Part shown: in pieces, positions 27,460 to 36,531 of the stretch
How positions within the stretch are numbered: position 1 is the first letter of the stretch
Layout: every line of letters starts with the position of its first letter
Virus record (IMG/VR): IMGVR_UViG_3300045988_162372
Direction: 5' to 3' (one strand)
DNA length: 64,000 bases
DNA from: a virus
The notes under the pieces: model-generated
Databases searched by the model: none
Told to the model about the DNA's origin: nothing
The model's input: only the letters and a program-made list of their open reading frames with translations
Position numbers and translations under genes: made by a program

Positions 27460-28257
27460 TTATTTTCTGATTATATCCAATAGCTTTTCCCTGTTATATT
27501 CGTCATTCAATACAAAAGCATCATGCTCAGTCCATATATTCCTTATATATGTCAAGTTCAATTCTTCATTGACTTGTCTAACTTCTTCCTTGTATATAAA
27601 ACGTCCATATTTCTTCCCATCTGAAAAATCAGTATTCCAGTCAATACCTTTCTTTTCTTTTAGAAGTGCAATCTGTTCATCAGTATTCAAATTGAGAAGT
27701 TCTTTATGGGAAAGATATGTTTGTGCTGCCTGTTGTTTTGAATTTTTAATGCAGTCATTCTGTCTATAGAGACACCACGCAAACATATCGTTTTCGTTTG
27801 GTACATTCCAAGCCTTGCAATCAAATTCAACAAGTTTCTGGCCTTCTACCATCTGTATCATATCACTTTGTGAACAAGGCGTATTCAATAAATCCATTGT
27901 TACCATATGATTGAACTTTGATGCTGCCATAGCTGCTGCGATTGACTGCAATTTGCATAAGCGATATCCGAAGAACGTATCAGTTGTTGGTGTGTCAAAA
28001 TCAGATAATGCCATAGTAATTTCATCTGATTGCACATACGCAAATTTGCATCCGCCAATATTCTTGCAAAGATACTTGGCGGTTTCATTCATATAATGAA
28101 TAAACTTGTTATCAAATGGTTTTTCATACTTATTTTTAATCAATTTTGAGAATGCTCTTCCGTCAAGCATCATTATTACATACTGATTAGGCACAAGCCT
28201 ATAATCTGACAAACTCCTATAATATAAACATTTATCTTCTAGATTCTTAAAATTCAT
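27460..28257 (-). CDS. Thg1-like protein (tRNA-His guanylyltransferase / 3'-5' polymerase family)
   Basis: MLDGRAFSKL...KPFD...FAYVQSDEITM...RLCKLQSIAAAMAASKF follows the Thg1 core motifs. Confidence 0.75.
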   Translation of the reverse strand: MNFKNLEDKCLYYRSLSDYRLVPNQYVIMMLDGRAFSKLIKNKYEKPFDNKFIHYMNETAKYLCKNIGGCKFAYVQSDEITMALSDFDTPTTDTFFGYRLCKLQSIAAAMAASKFNHMVTMDLLNTPCSQSDMIQMVEGQKLVEFDCKAWNVPNENDMFAWCLYRQNDCIKNSKQQAAQTYLSHKELLNLNTDEQIALLKEKKGIDWNTDFSDGKKYGRFIYKEEVRQVNEELNLTYIRNIWTEHDAFVLNDEYNREKLLDIIRK

Positions 28258-28323
28258 TTCCCTCTCTTTTTATTTTAACTAAAAAAAAACTATATTTTAT
28301 AGAATAAAATGTTTTAATAAAAA

Positions 28324-28722
28324 TTAAATTAGTTTGGCTATAAGTTCTGTATATTTATCAAATAATCCATCTGGATATTCCTTTAATGTTCCATTCTTGT
28401 CAATAGGGATTTTCTTACCAAGAAATTTGACGTAATATCCATAAACTTGTTTTTCTTTTATTTGCGCCAAAATATCTGTATAAACAAGTTGGTTGTTAGT
28501 GCAAACAAGCAATTCATCATTTGGTTTATAGATAGAACAATACTCATTTTTAATATCTCTCGCAACTACTTCATTTTCTTCTATTTCTGTAACATTTATG
28601 ACACTACCTTGTCCATAAACACATTCAATTATAAATTTTCCATCAATAAGATATTTGCTTACACAAATGTCATTTTCAATATAAAGTGATTCTCCATATT
28701 TCTCAGCATAGTCATCAAGCAT
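28324..28722 (-). CDS. Hypothetical protein
   Basis: First ATG in the ORF 28324..28731 (the track start is TTG). Confidence 0.55.
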   Translation of the reverse strand: MLDDYAEKYGESLYIENDICVSKYLIDGKFIIECVYGQGSVINVTEIEENEVVARDIKNEYCSIYKPNDELLVCTNNQLVYTDILAQIKEKQVYGYYVKFLGKKIPIDKNGTLKEYPDGLFDKYTELIAKLI

Positions 28723-28824
28723 ATAAAACAATGTATTTTCAGGAAAACGACCTTTCTTATATTCCTTGTCTTTATATTCATCACTGTCATATTTTTTGAT
28801 ACACTTACGTATAACATCAGCACG

Positions 28825-28971
28825 TTATTCAACAGTTAGACTATGTATTTTCTCTATCCATTTGTCCTTCCAACTATTGAGGAAAAATTCTCTTTTATTT
28901 TTCTCTTCCAATCTTTGCTTATATTCATCACTTTCAAGATATTTCTTCAATGATTCTACTATACTCCCCAT
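28825..28971 (-). CDS. Hypothetical small protein (48 aa)
   Basis: Hand translation gives MGSIVESLKKYLESDEYKQRLEEKNKREFFLNSWKDKWIEKIHSLTVE. It fills an otherwise unexplained gap, and its ATG overlaps the upstream stop. Confidence 0.4.
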   Translation of the reverse strand: MGSIVESLKKYLESDEYKQRLEEKNKREFFLNSWKDKWIEKIHSLTVE

Positions 28972-29252
28972 GACTTTGTTTTTTTATAAAATTTCTCTGT
29001 TTGTATCTGCTTTTTAATCTTTTCCCTATCTTCTTCTGTTAGAATACGATTTTTGTTTTTTCCTATGTGCCATTTTCCACAAACTTGACATTTATATATT
29101 GAATATTTATGTATTGTTTGTGGCTTCAGATTCATCTTTCTTGCCATAACAAGAGCTTCTTCTTGTGTCGCATAACATTTCTTCGACTTGTATTGTTTCT
29201 CACCGTTCTCGTTATAATGAGAGAACGTATAATGGGTATTCTTCTCGCACAT
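28959..29252 (-). CDS. Hypothetical protein with CxxC zinc-ribbon-like element
   Basis: YKCQVCGKWH. Confidence 0.5.
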   Translation of the reverse strand: MCEKNTHYTFSHYNENGEKQYKSKKCYATQEEALVMARKMNLKPQTIHKYSIYKCQVCGKWHIGKNKNRILTEEDREKIKKQIQTEKFYKKTKSWGV

Positions 29253-29264
29253 AGTAATTTGGTT

Positions 29265-29855
29265 TTAAAGATTGTCAAAATTCTCAATGAACCAATTGGC
29301 GGCACATCTTGCTTCTTCTTTAGTTAGCCATTTCTGGTTTTTATTTTCATCAATCACATCAAATTTTCCTATCTTTGCATACCAGTGCGTACCATTATCC
29401 CATTGAATGTATCTTACGTCATCCAAAGACATCTTTTCATCGTCTGGATAAACTAATTTCTCCTTAATTACTGTTTCGATAACCTCAAGGGTGGAATTGT
29501 CAACTAGTGACACCATTTCTTTATTCAAATAGAATTTTACACCTTTATTGAAAAGGTTTATTTCTGATTGAAGCATCAAGTTTTCAACCTTAGTAGCCAC
29601 AATGACCCACGGCAATCCTTGATTTTCTGGTTTCTGTGCCGTGATTTCCACAATATAAGGGAAACGATGTTCGTAATGGCCTACGCCACCTATACTGAGA
29701 TACCTAAAATAATCAGCAACACCTTCCTTAAAATAACTTTTTCCATAGGTGTTAAAATGCTCTTTGATGGTATTAATGGAATCAGCTAACAGATACCAAT
29801 GCCCTTTATCATTTTCCTTACCTTTGTTTCGTATTTTTGCAAATGTATAACTCAT
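29265..29855 (-). CDS. Hypothetical protein
   Basis: 196-aa ATG ORF. Confidence 0.6.
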   Translation of the reverse strand: MSYTFAKIRNKGKENDKGHWYLLADSINTIKEHFNTYGKSYFKEGVADYFRYLSIGGVGHYEHRFPYIVEITAQKPENQGLPWVIVATKVENLMLQSEINLFNKGVKFYLNKEMVSLVDNSTLEVIETVIKEKLVYPDDEKMSLDDVRYIQWDNGTHWYAKIGKFDVIDENKNQKWLTKEEARCAANWFIENFDNL

Positions 29856-29890
29856 AGCTTATTCTCTTATTTCTTCTAAGTTTGATAATG

Positions 29891-29898
29891 CAAAGATA
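29891..29898 (-). promoter_or_regulatory. -7 box TAtcTTTG (minus strand)
   Basis: The + strand CAAAGATA lies 36 nt upstream of the ATG at 29855. Confidence 0.5.
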
Positions 29899-29941
29899 AG
29901 GCAATATATTGGAATAAAGAAATTATAATCGTTAATTAATA

Positions 29942-30550
29942 CTAATCTCTCCACAATTTATTATCGACAATAAATTTCCTAACCTTATCAGGAACATAAA
30001 AGTTTATAGTCTTACCCTGCCTTATTTCTCTTCTGATAAATGTTGAACTCAGGTTTGAAAGAGGACAATTATGCAATATCTTTATATTTTTGATATTGTA
30101 TTTGTTTTCCAAATTATTTATTTCTTTCTCGCAATCAATATTACCTCTTGGGATAACAATAATATTAACCATTGATAACAATTCATCAATTTTGTACCAA
30201 TTATCCAACTGTTTCACATTATCAGCACCAACAATCAGAGAGAACTCCACATTATAAGACAATTCCTGTAATTTTTTAACTGTATTATAAGTATATGTCG
30301 GTCTTGATAACATTTCTTCAATGTAAGAATAAGACATTCGTCTATTTTCGATATCACAAATAGATAACTCAATCATGTTACATCTCATACTGAAATCTGC
30401 TAATTCGTTACCAGTATATTTAAATGGTGCATCTGGGCTTGGTATAAATAATACTTTGTCAACATTAGCATTGTTTAATACATAGTTAGCGATCATTAAA
30501 TGCCCGTTATGAATAGGATTAAATGTTCCGATAAATAAAGCTGTTGTCAT
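29942..30550 (-). CDS. nadD: Nicotinate/nicotinamide mononucleotide adenylyltransferase
   Basis: FIGTFNPIHNGHL (the (T/H)xGH motif) and the C-terminal SSTFIRREI (ISSTxxR). Confidence 0.85.
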   Translation of the reverse strand: MTTALFIGTFNPIHNGHLMIANYVLNNANVDKVLFIPSPDAPFKYTGNELADFSMRCNMIELSICDIENRRMSYSYIEEMLSRPTYTYNTVKKLQELSYNVEFSLIVGADNVKQLDNWYKIDELLSMVNIIVIPRGNIDCEKEINNLENKYNIKNIKILHNCPLSNLSSTFIRREIRQGKTINFYVPDKVRKFIVDNKLWRD

Positions 30551-30900
30551 TTACTATTTTTCTTTATTAAATAATTACATGTTCCAGTTTTCCTATGTAT
30601 GCAGTTTGTCAAACAATCATTACAGAATAGTTTACCATCGCTGTTTTTCTTTAATATTATAAAATGATATTTGCAATAATCGTCCTCTTCTGGTATATCT
30701 AAATTGTCCTGTTTTTCAACATCGTTTTTTAAAACTATTTCTTTAGGTTCTTCATCTTCCCATTTGACTTCTGGAAATAATCCAGAAGGGAGTTGAATAA
30801 CTGTTGTAGTTGCACTACTCATTAACCAAAACTCTTCTCTTTTAGAAGGTTTTTCTGAAAAAAGGTACAATTCTTCGTCTTTATCTCTTGCTATCCACAT
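30547..30900 (-). CDS. Hypothetical protein
   Basis: ATGA-coupled ORF; the N-terminus MWIARDKDEELYLFSEKPSK is also echoed in the small ORF 35799..35909. Confidence 0.55.
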   Translation of the reverse strand: MWIARDKDEELYLFSEKPSKREEFWLMSSATTTVIQLPSGLFPEVKWEDEEPKEIVLKNDVEKQDNLDIPEEDDYCKYHFIILKKNSDGKLFCNDCLTNCIHRKTGTCNYLIKKNSK

Positions 30901-30903
30901 AGT

Positions 30904-31098
30904 TTATTCCTCCTCTGTTAAAGTATCATCAGGAATATCGTTCCACTTTTCGATGAAGATATTGAGATATTCCCCATATTCTTCATCAGACCATCCATGC
31001 AATGATTGCATTACTGCTTTAAGTTCACCTTCTTCGGCTATTCTTAAAAGACCGCCTATAAATACTCTGAATATGTTATTCTTACAAATCTTTGCCAT
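30904..31098 (-). CDS. Hypothetical protein
   Basis: 64-aa ATG ORF, tightly packed. Confidence 0.45.
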   Translation of the reverse strand: MAKICKNNIFRVFIGGLLRIAEEGELKAVMQSLHGWSDEEYGEYLNIFIEKWNDIPDDTLTEEE

Positions 31099-31100
31099 AG

Positions 31101-32219
31101 TTATTCCTCCCAGTTTATCTTAGTAGTTGTAATATAACCTTTAGGGCAAGCATTATCAAAGGCATCTTTTCTCGTCTTATAGATAGTCTGTTCTATTAAA
31201 CGCTCATTGTTATTGGTTTCTTCCCTATACACATTCACCCATCCCTCTTTCTTTTCTGGAAGCATCATAAGATCTTCATCTTTCGGGTTCTGTGAATCAA
31301 CTATGTACCCATCAATACCATAGAATAAAACTTCTTCAAAATCCCCGTCAAAAGCTGTAACACAAGCAACGATTTTATAATAATCACCATTAATTCTGTC
31401 AAAGCAAATAATCCTTGCCTTTCTTCCATCTCTTGTGCATACTGGCTTGCCTTGTTTAGCCGAGTTAATATCGAATGGGGTTAATGTAGGTTTATCATCA
31501 CAACCTTTAAAGTGGGAAGTAAACTTGTCATCACACCAATATTTGATATTCTCGATAATCTTATTTACATCTTTCATCATTACCTCCTCACTGCTATATT
31601 TTGTTTCAGAATGAATAAAATAATCGTAAGCACCACTATCTTTTGTTTGCAATTCAATATGCCACGGCTGTGAAGTACCAATATAACGCCTATCAAAAAC
31701 TCGTGCAATAATTGCAAGTGAATGAGGGTTATCACAAGTGAAGAAAATCATAAATCTATCCTTGCAATGGCCGCAACAACTTTCTGTTGTGCATACATCT
31801 GAAATTGAATTTAGCACATCACAAATCTGAATGCATTCTTTATCCATATTTCCGTCATAATTATCTTTCTTTTCTTCCATATCTTCTTTGTTTTTAATTT
31901 CTATTGATATTGTCTCATTTACCATATTATATGTAGTAATAATTGAATTATTAGTAAATATAGGCTTTACAAATACTTTGTACCGTTGCATGGTAATATT
32001 ATGTATCTCCATATTACTGAAAATATAAGGTTCTCCGACCTTTTCAAGTTTCTTGAAGACAACCGATGCACCATCCAATCTACCAGAACAATCCCCTGTT
32101 ATGTGCCTATCTGCCAAACATCCTTTATTATTAAATCCACAATTAATACAAGTAATATCCCTAATACATTGATACCATTCACCATTGTACTCGAATATCT
32201 CTCCTATCTGGTGTTCCAT
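31101..32219 (-). CDS. Hypothetical Cys-rich protein
   Basis: 372-aa ATG ORF. Confidence 0.65.
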   Translation of the reverse strand: MEHQIGEIFEYNGEWYQCIRDITCINCGFNNKGCLADRHITGDCSGRLDGASVVFKKLEKVGEPYIFSNMEIHNITMQRYKVFVKPIFTNNSIITTYNMVNETISIEIKNKEDMEEKKDNYDGNMDKECIQICDVLNSISDVCTTESCCGHCKDRFMIFFTCDNPHSLAIIARVFDRRYIGTSQPWHIELQTKDSGAYDYFIHSETKYSSEEVMMKDVNKIIENIKYWCDDKFTSHFKGCDDKPTLTPFDINSAKQGKPVCTRDGRKARIICFDRINGDYYKIVACVTAFDGDFEEVLFYGIDGYIVDSQNPKDEDLMMLPEKKEGWVNVYREETNNNERLIEQTIYKTRKDAFDNACPKGYITTTKINWEE

Positions 32220-32259
32220 AACTAACTTAATTTTAATCCTAATTTATTATCATCTATTT

Positions 32260-32664
32260 TCACCAATTCGGGTTATCATGGATATTTCCAATTACCGTAA
32301 CAGCCTTGCAAACGCTCAAAGCGCAGTAGTATTTGCACTCTGCATCAAATACGAATGATGCGCTATTACCATCCCATATGACAACTGCATTCACTTCACC
32401 GTCTATTCCAGTGTAGAAGTTAGCATATTCCAATCCTTGCACAATATCACCCTCGTATATGTCCTTACCGTTCTTATCAGACAATCCAGTGAATTGCCCG
32501 ATAGTATCTTGATTGACAAGGAAAAGCTTAACTGTATCATTTACTTCATCTTTAATGTAATACTTGCCATCTTTGCAATATAACCATCCATACACCCAAA
32601 GATTGTTGTCGATACACTTGCCCCTGAATTTTATCGTTCTCATTTTATACTCACTTTTTTCCAT
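32260..32664 (-). CDS. YopX-family protein
   Basis: KFRGK...WVYGWLY...IGQFTGLSDKNGKDIYEGDIV...VIGNIHDNP is the classic YopX pattern. Confidence 0.8.
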   Translation of the reverse strand: MEKSEYKMRTIKFRGKCIDNNLWVYGWLYCKDGKYYIKDEVNDTVKLFLVNQDTIGQFTGLSDKNGKDIYEGDIVQGLEYANFYTGIDGEVNAVVIWDGNSASFVFDAECKYYCALSVCKAVTVIGNIHDNPNW

Positions 32665-32770
32665 AATTTATATTTTTTTTATATAGTTTATGTATTATTA
32701 TTTGAACAATGCAAAAATGGCCAAAAACTTGGAATTATACAAATGCTATATGTTAATATTCTACAATGAG

Positions 32771-33049
32771 TTAATATTGTGGAAATTTCTTAGCAAAATT
32801 CTTTTTAAAATATTCTTTTCTGATTATTATACGGTGAGGTGTATTCACCTCTTTAAGAATAACACATCTTATAATTATATTCTCGTCAAAAAGTACCTCA
32901 ATATCCTTGATATACATATATTCTGTGTTTGGTGTATTTTTGAAATAATATGCACACTCCTTATATAACTTATTACGTTTCGTTATCATATGATAAACAA
33001 AACATATCATTCCAATAATCCACACAGAAACAACTATAAATGGAAACAT
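32771..33049 (-). CDS. Hypothetical small membrane protein
   Basis: N-terminal TM segment MFPFIVVSVWIIGMICFVY. Confidence 0.5.
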   Translation of the reverse strand: MFPFIVVSVWIIGMICFVYHMITKRNKLYKECAYYFKNTPNTEYMYIKDIEVLFDENIIIRCVILKEVNTPHRIIIRKEYFKKNFAKKFPQY

Positions 33050-33409
33050 GTCTATTTCGTTTTTATTTCTATATATTTGTTCTTAATATACCATAACAGC
33101 ATCTCGCCCAATACATCATAGTTTTTTCAATCCCATTCCCAATTCTTGCAGGTGCTGCATTTGCTGCACATCTAAAACTTGCTTTGATTTCATAATTCTT
33201 ATTTTTCAAATCCGATAGACAGTTTTAATGCCATGTCGGACAGTTACTGCAACTTGATTGAAATTTCGCTATATATCTCTTTGTATGATGGCTTAACAAT
33301 ATCGTACTTCCATCCTACAATTTCGTATATAGACGTTTCTTTGCCTATTGCAATTTTATTCCCTAATAGAATATGAATTGCATCTTTCACTCTTCGTTTA
33401 ATATTCATA

Positions 33410-34078
33410 TCATTTTACAAGATTAAAATCATAGACAAACACATAAGGATTACTTTCCCAAGTACCCTTACCACTCACCTTATCAATAAGTTCAGCATAC
33501 GATTCTTTTGGAGATGCTTTGAAGTAAATCTTACTACCGTTTGTCTTGTCGTAATTTACATAGTATTTATGTGCAACTCCATCCCATTCCAATCCTTCCT
33601 TCAAGCAATCTTCATCGCTTATGTCTTGCAACCGCTGTATGCAGACGTTGGTGATGCGGATTTGGTGGGGCATGTATATAGATTTCACATACATTTTGTT
33701 AGTATATGCAATAGGAGGTATAGCTACATCTTTACCATCTTTTATAAAGAACAAGAACTCATCAGTGTCTCTATAAGCGTAACATTTATATCCTGCATCT
33801 TTATAGGATTGAGCAATAGCAACTATTTCACCTACCTTATATTTAGGATGATTTAATAGATAATTGAAACATTCTTTCTTTTCTGTCTCAGACATATTCT
33901 TCACTCTTAATGCAAAGTCATTTTCCCAATTCTCTATGTCTTCGTCATCCCAATCAAAATCAGGATTAACCCTTTCAAAGGCATCAGATGTCTTTATTAT
34001 TCTTCTTGTCTGAGTCTTTCTACCGTCAAGCACCGCTTTCGTGAGCAAAAATTTATCATTGAACATTATCTTCTGCAT
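33410..34078 (-). CDS. ASCH-domain-like protein
   Basis: The N-terminus KAVLDGRKTQTRRII is typical of phage ASCH proteins. Confidence 0.55.
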   Translation of the reverse strand: MQKIMFNDKFLLTKAVLDGRKTQTRRIIKTSDAFERVNPDFDWDDEDIENWENDFALRVKNMSETEKKECFNYLLNHPKYKVGEIVAIAQSYKDAGYKCYAYRDTDEFLFFIKDGKDVAIPPIAYTNKMYVKSIYMPHQIRITNVCIQRLQDISDEDCLKEGLEWDGVAHKYYVNYDKTNGSKIYFKASPKESYAELIDKVSGKGTWESNPYVFVYDFNLVK

Positions 34079-34497
34079 GACATCACCTCCATTGTTGCTT
34101 CATTCTGATGCCCATTAGCAAAATACGGCTGTTGATACTCACGTCCTTGCTCATCAATGCACTCAAAACGGAAATATAAACTGTATAGACATTTTATATT
34201 GTAATCGCTAATTACTCTGCCTATATGTGACCGATGTCTTGTTCCATTACCACATTCATTTGCCATTTTATCATAATCAGGAATGGCTGCGGCAACTATA
34301 TTGCAAAACACTCTCCATTGCTTTTTAACAATTTCTGCATTGCGCTGCACGTATTGGTTATATTCAAGTTCGACTTTACGACCTATTACATCGTTAATAC
34401 TATTGCATTTTGACAACAATACGTCATATTCCAATGCCTGTTCTTCGGAATCAAACCTTGTTCCGTCATTGCATTCGTAAATAGTTATCTTCTTCAT
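34066..34497 (-). CDS. Hypothetical protein
   Basis: First ATG (the track start 34506 is GTG). Confidence 0.55.
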   Translation of the reverse strand: MKKITIYECNDGTRFDSEEQALEYDVLLSKCNSINDVIGRKVELEYNQYVQRNAEIVKKQWRVFCNIVAAAIPDYDKMANECGNGTRHRSHIGRVISDYNIKCLYSLYFRFECIDEQGREYQQPYFANGHQNEATMEVMSCRR

Positions 34498-34595
34498 AAT
34501 CCTCACTTTTTAATTAGTTTAATTACTTTCTGCAATCCTACTTCGAGAGCTTGCTCATAATTATCAAATCTTTCATATAAATTGTTTCAAGGAAA

Positions 34596-34615
34596 CCCCA
34601 CCCTTTAGGATGGGG
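34596..34615 (-). other. GC-rich stem-loop in the leader of the 34497 gene
   Basis: The minus-strand RNA is CCCCAUCC-UAAA-GGGUGGGG: 8 bp including one G-U. The + strand equivalent has a C-A mismatch. It is followed by UUU. Confidence 0.5.
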
Positions 34616-34670
34616 AGGAATTTAAACTTGCCTTTTATTTGTTAAACATTTAATTTTATAATTCACTTTG

Positions 34671-34701
34671 CAAAGATACAAATGTTTTCGTAGAAAACAA
34701 A
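34671..34701 (-). promoter_or_regulatory. Bacteroidota-type promoter (minus strand)
   Basis: The + strand has CAAAGATA at 34671-34678, a 19-nt gap, then CAAA at 34698-34701. Confidence 0.65.
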
Positions 34702-34793
34702 ATTATTTTGCAAAAATCATAATATTTTATACGTTTTTTAATTTTACCAGATATTTTTTAATATAAAAGATAAAAAAAAAACAACTCACGGAA

Positions 34794-35183
34794 ATGCTGC
34801 TTACGACAAAGGTACATATTGACAATGGTTTTAAGGACTTCCAAGTCCTTAAAATGATGTGCTATCATTCTGCAAGAATGTACAATGTCGGTTTGTATTC
34901 CGTCCGTCAGCATTTTTTCAATACGGAAGAATACCTGTCGTATTACAACAATTATCATCTCTGCAAGACAAACGAGAATTACTCTCTTCTCATTACGGAT
35001 ACTGGCCAACAAATTCTCAGAATTGTGGACAGGGATATGCACTCGTTCTTCGGTCTATTGAAACTGAAGAAACTGGGCAAATATTCCAACCCGATACACT
35101 TGCCGAAGTACAAGGACGAGGAAGGTCTTATGACCTGTTACATAATCTCTATGAAAAATATTATAACTAAAAGTTGCGATTAA
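34794..35183 (+). pseudogene. Truncated TnpB (IS200/IS605-family OrfB, RNA-guided nuclease) N-terminal fragment
   Basis: SARMYNVGLYSVRQHFF...YSLLITDTGQQILRIVDRDMHSFFGLLKLKK...PKYKDEEG matches the TnpB N-terminal region. It stops at 129 aa, so no RuvC part is present. It is on the opposite strand to all its neighbours. Confidence 0.55.
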
Positions 35184-35200
35184 TAATACTTTATAAACCA

Positions 35201-35713
35201 CTATATCACTATCACTTCTTTTTGGAAATTGCTGCTTTTTTGAACAGACACATTTTTATTTAATTTTTTATATATGTTAATAGAACAATCATGAAATCTC
35301 CATAATAATTTTAAGTCTCTAATAGCTTCAGAATTATTTATGAAATCTTCTTTCTCTTTTTCTGATAATATTACTTCTTTATCTAATTTTCTTGTATTGT
35401 AAAAATAGTCCTTTACACGTTTAAATAGTGCATTATTTTTTTCAGAATTTTTAACAATACATTCTTCGTATAATTTTAAATCTCTAAAAATTGAATCATT
35501 ATTTTCTTTAATAACTTTTTGTTCAAGAAAATCAATCTGTCTTTTTTCAGGTTCTTTATTCTGAAAAATAAATTTCATTTGTTTAACATGTAATCCGAAT
35601 GAAAATGCTAAACTATGATACATTTGTCTTTTCTTATCCATATTTAATATTTTTATTGCTTTTTCATTTGGCTCGGATATCTTAAAAGTTTTGTGTTTTT
35701 TACTTTTTTCCAT
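35201..35713 (-). CDS. Hypothetical K/N-rich protein
   Basis: 170-aa ATG ORF, visibly more AT-rich than its flanks, behind its own promoter. Confidence 0.55.
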   Translation of the reverse strand: MEKSKKHKTFKISEPNEKAIKILNMDKKRQMYHSLAFSFGLHVKQMKFIFQNKEPEKRQIDFLEQKVIKENNDSIFRDLKLYEECIVKNSEKNNALFKRVKDYFYNTRKLDKEVILSEKEKEDFINNSEAIRDLKLLWRFHDCSINIYKKLNKNVSVQKSSNFQKEVIVI

Positions 35714-35742
35714 ATGTTTATCTCCTATTTTTATTTACATCA

Positions 35743-35774
35743 CAAAGATAAACAAAAAAGTGATAACAAACAAA
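35743..35774 (-). promoter_or_regulatory. Bacteroidota-type promoter (minus strand)
   Basis: The + strand has CAAAGATA at 35743-35750, a 20-nt gap, then CAAA at 35771-35774. Confidence 0.6.
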
Positions 35775-35788
35775 TATTTGTTACCACT
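35754..35788 (-). terminator. Rho-independent terminator (minus strand)
   Basis: AGTGATAACAAA/TTTGTTACCACT stem with 1 mismatch and a 6-nt loop, followed on the minus strand by T6. Confidence 0.55.
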
Positions 35789-35798
35789 TTAATATATT

Positions 35799-35909
35799 TT
35801 ATAGATTATTGAAGACTTCTTTTACTTCTTCCAAATAACCATCAAATTGTTTTGGCTTGTTTTGGAAAATCCATTCACAACCATCTATATCTACTGCAAT
35901 CCACGCCAT
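35799..35909 (-). CDS. Hypothetical small ORF (36 aa), possible gene remnant
   Basis: MAWIAVDIDGCEWIFQNKPKQFDGYLEEVKEVFNNL resembles the N-terminus of the 30547..30900 product. Confidence 0.35.
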   Translation of the reverse strand: MAWIAVDIDGCEWIFQNKPKQFDGYLEEVKEVFNNL

Positions 35910-36088
35910 AAGTAATCTCTTATTTAATTTTCCTATATACAACATTGTTGATTTCGTTTATATAACAATTTTCTAATGCAAATAGACGATTTAAATATAA
36001 TATACACAAATACAAGATGTTAATAATACAAAAAAATCTCACTCTCATTTGACGAAAGTAAGACCTTTTTGTTGATAGAGGATATATT

Positions 36089-36388
36089 TTAAAACCCGAC
36101 ATTATGCCATATCTTCATATCACCACTGTTCCCTTCTGGGTGATTAACAACTCTATCAACTTTATCCACCGCATTCTTTACCGCCTCAATTGCATTTTTT
36201 ATTTCCTCGCTGTCGTCCACATCAAAATCTTGATAAAAGGCATCAATTAGTTCATCGACTGAATCCTTGAATTTATAATAAGGTTCTTCGCATTGATATT
36301 TGCTTGCCCATTCTTTTAACATCTTGGATGCTATATCTAAAACTTTCTGTTTCAAGTCAGATTCTGTTAATACGATTGTTTGTTTCAT
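36089..36388 (-). CDS. Hypothetical acidic protein
   Basis: 99-aa ATG ORF. Confidence 0.55.
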   Translation of the reverse strand: MKQTIVLTESDLKQKVLDIASKMLKEWASKYQCEEPYYKFKDSVDELIDAFYQDFDVDDSEEIKNAIEAVKNAVDKVDRVVNHPEGNSGDMKIWHNVGF

Positions 36389-36531
36389 AATAATATAAAA
36401 TTACTTTGCTTTGCTTTATTTTAATATAAATATTAAAACGTAAACTTATAAATAACTAAATTGTACTTCTATTGATTCTATTTCTAAGACAATCGTAACG
36501 TTTTCATTTGAAAAAAAAAAATCTCAAATCG

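Noticed and set aside
34590-35183. An intact, active IS200/IS605 element.
   Set aside because: The TnpB ORF stops after about 129 aa. No TnpA is present, no RuvC motifs, and no second terminal hairpin was found. I treat it as a remnant.
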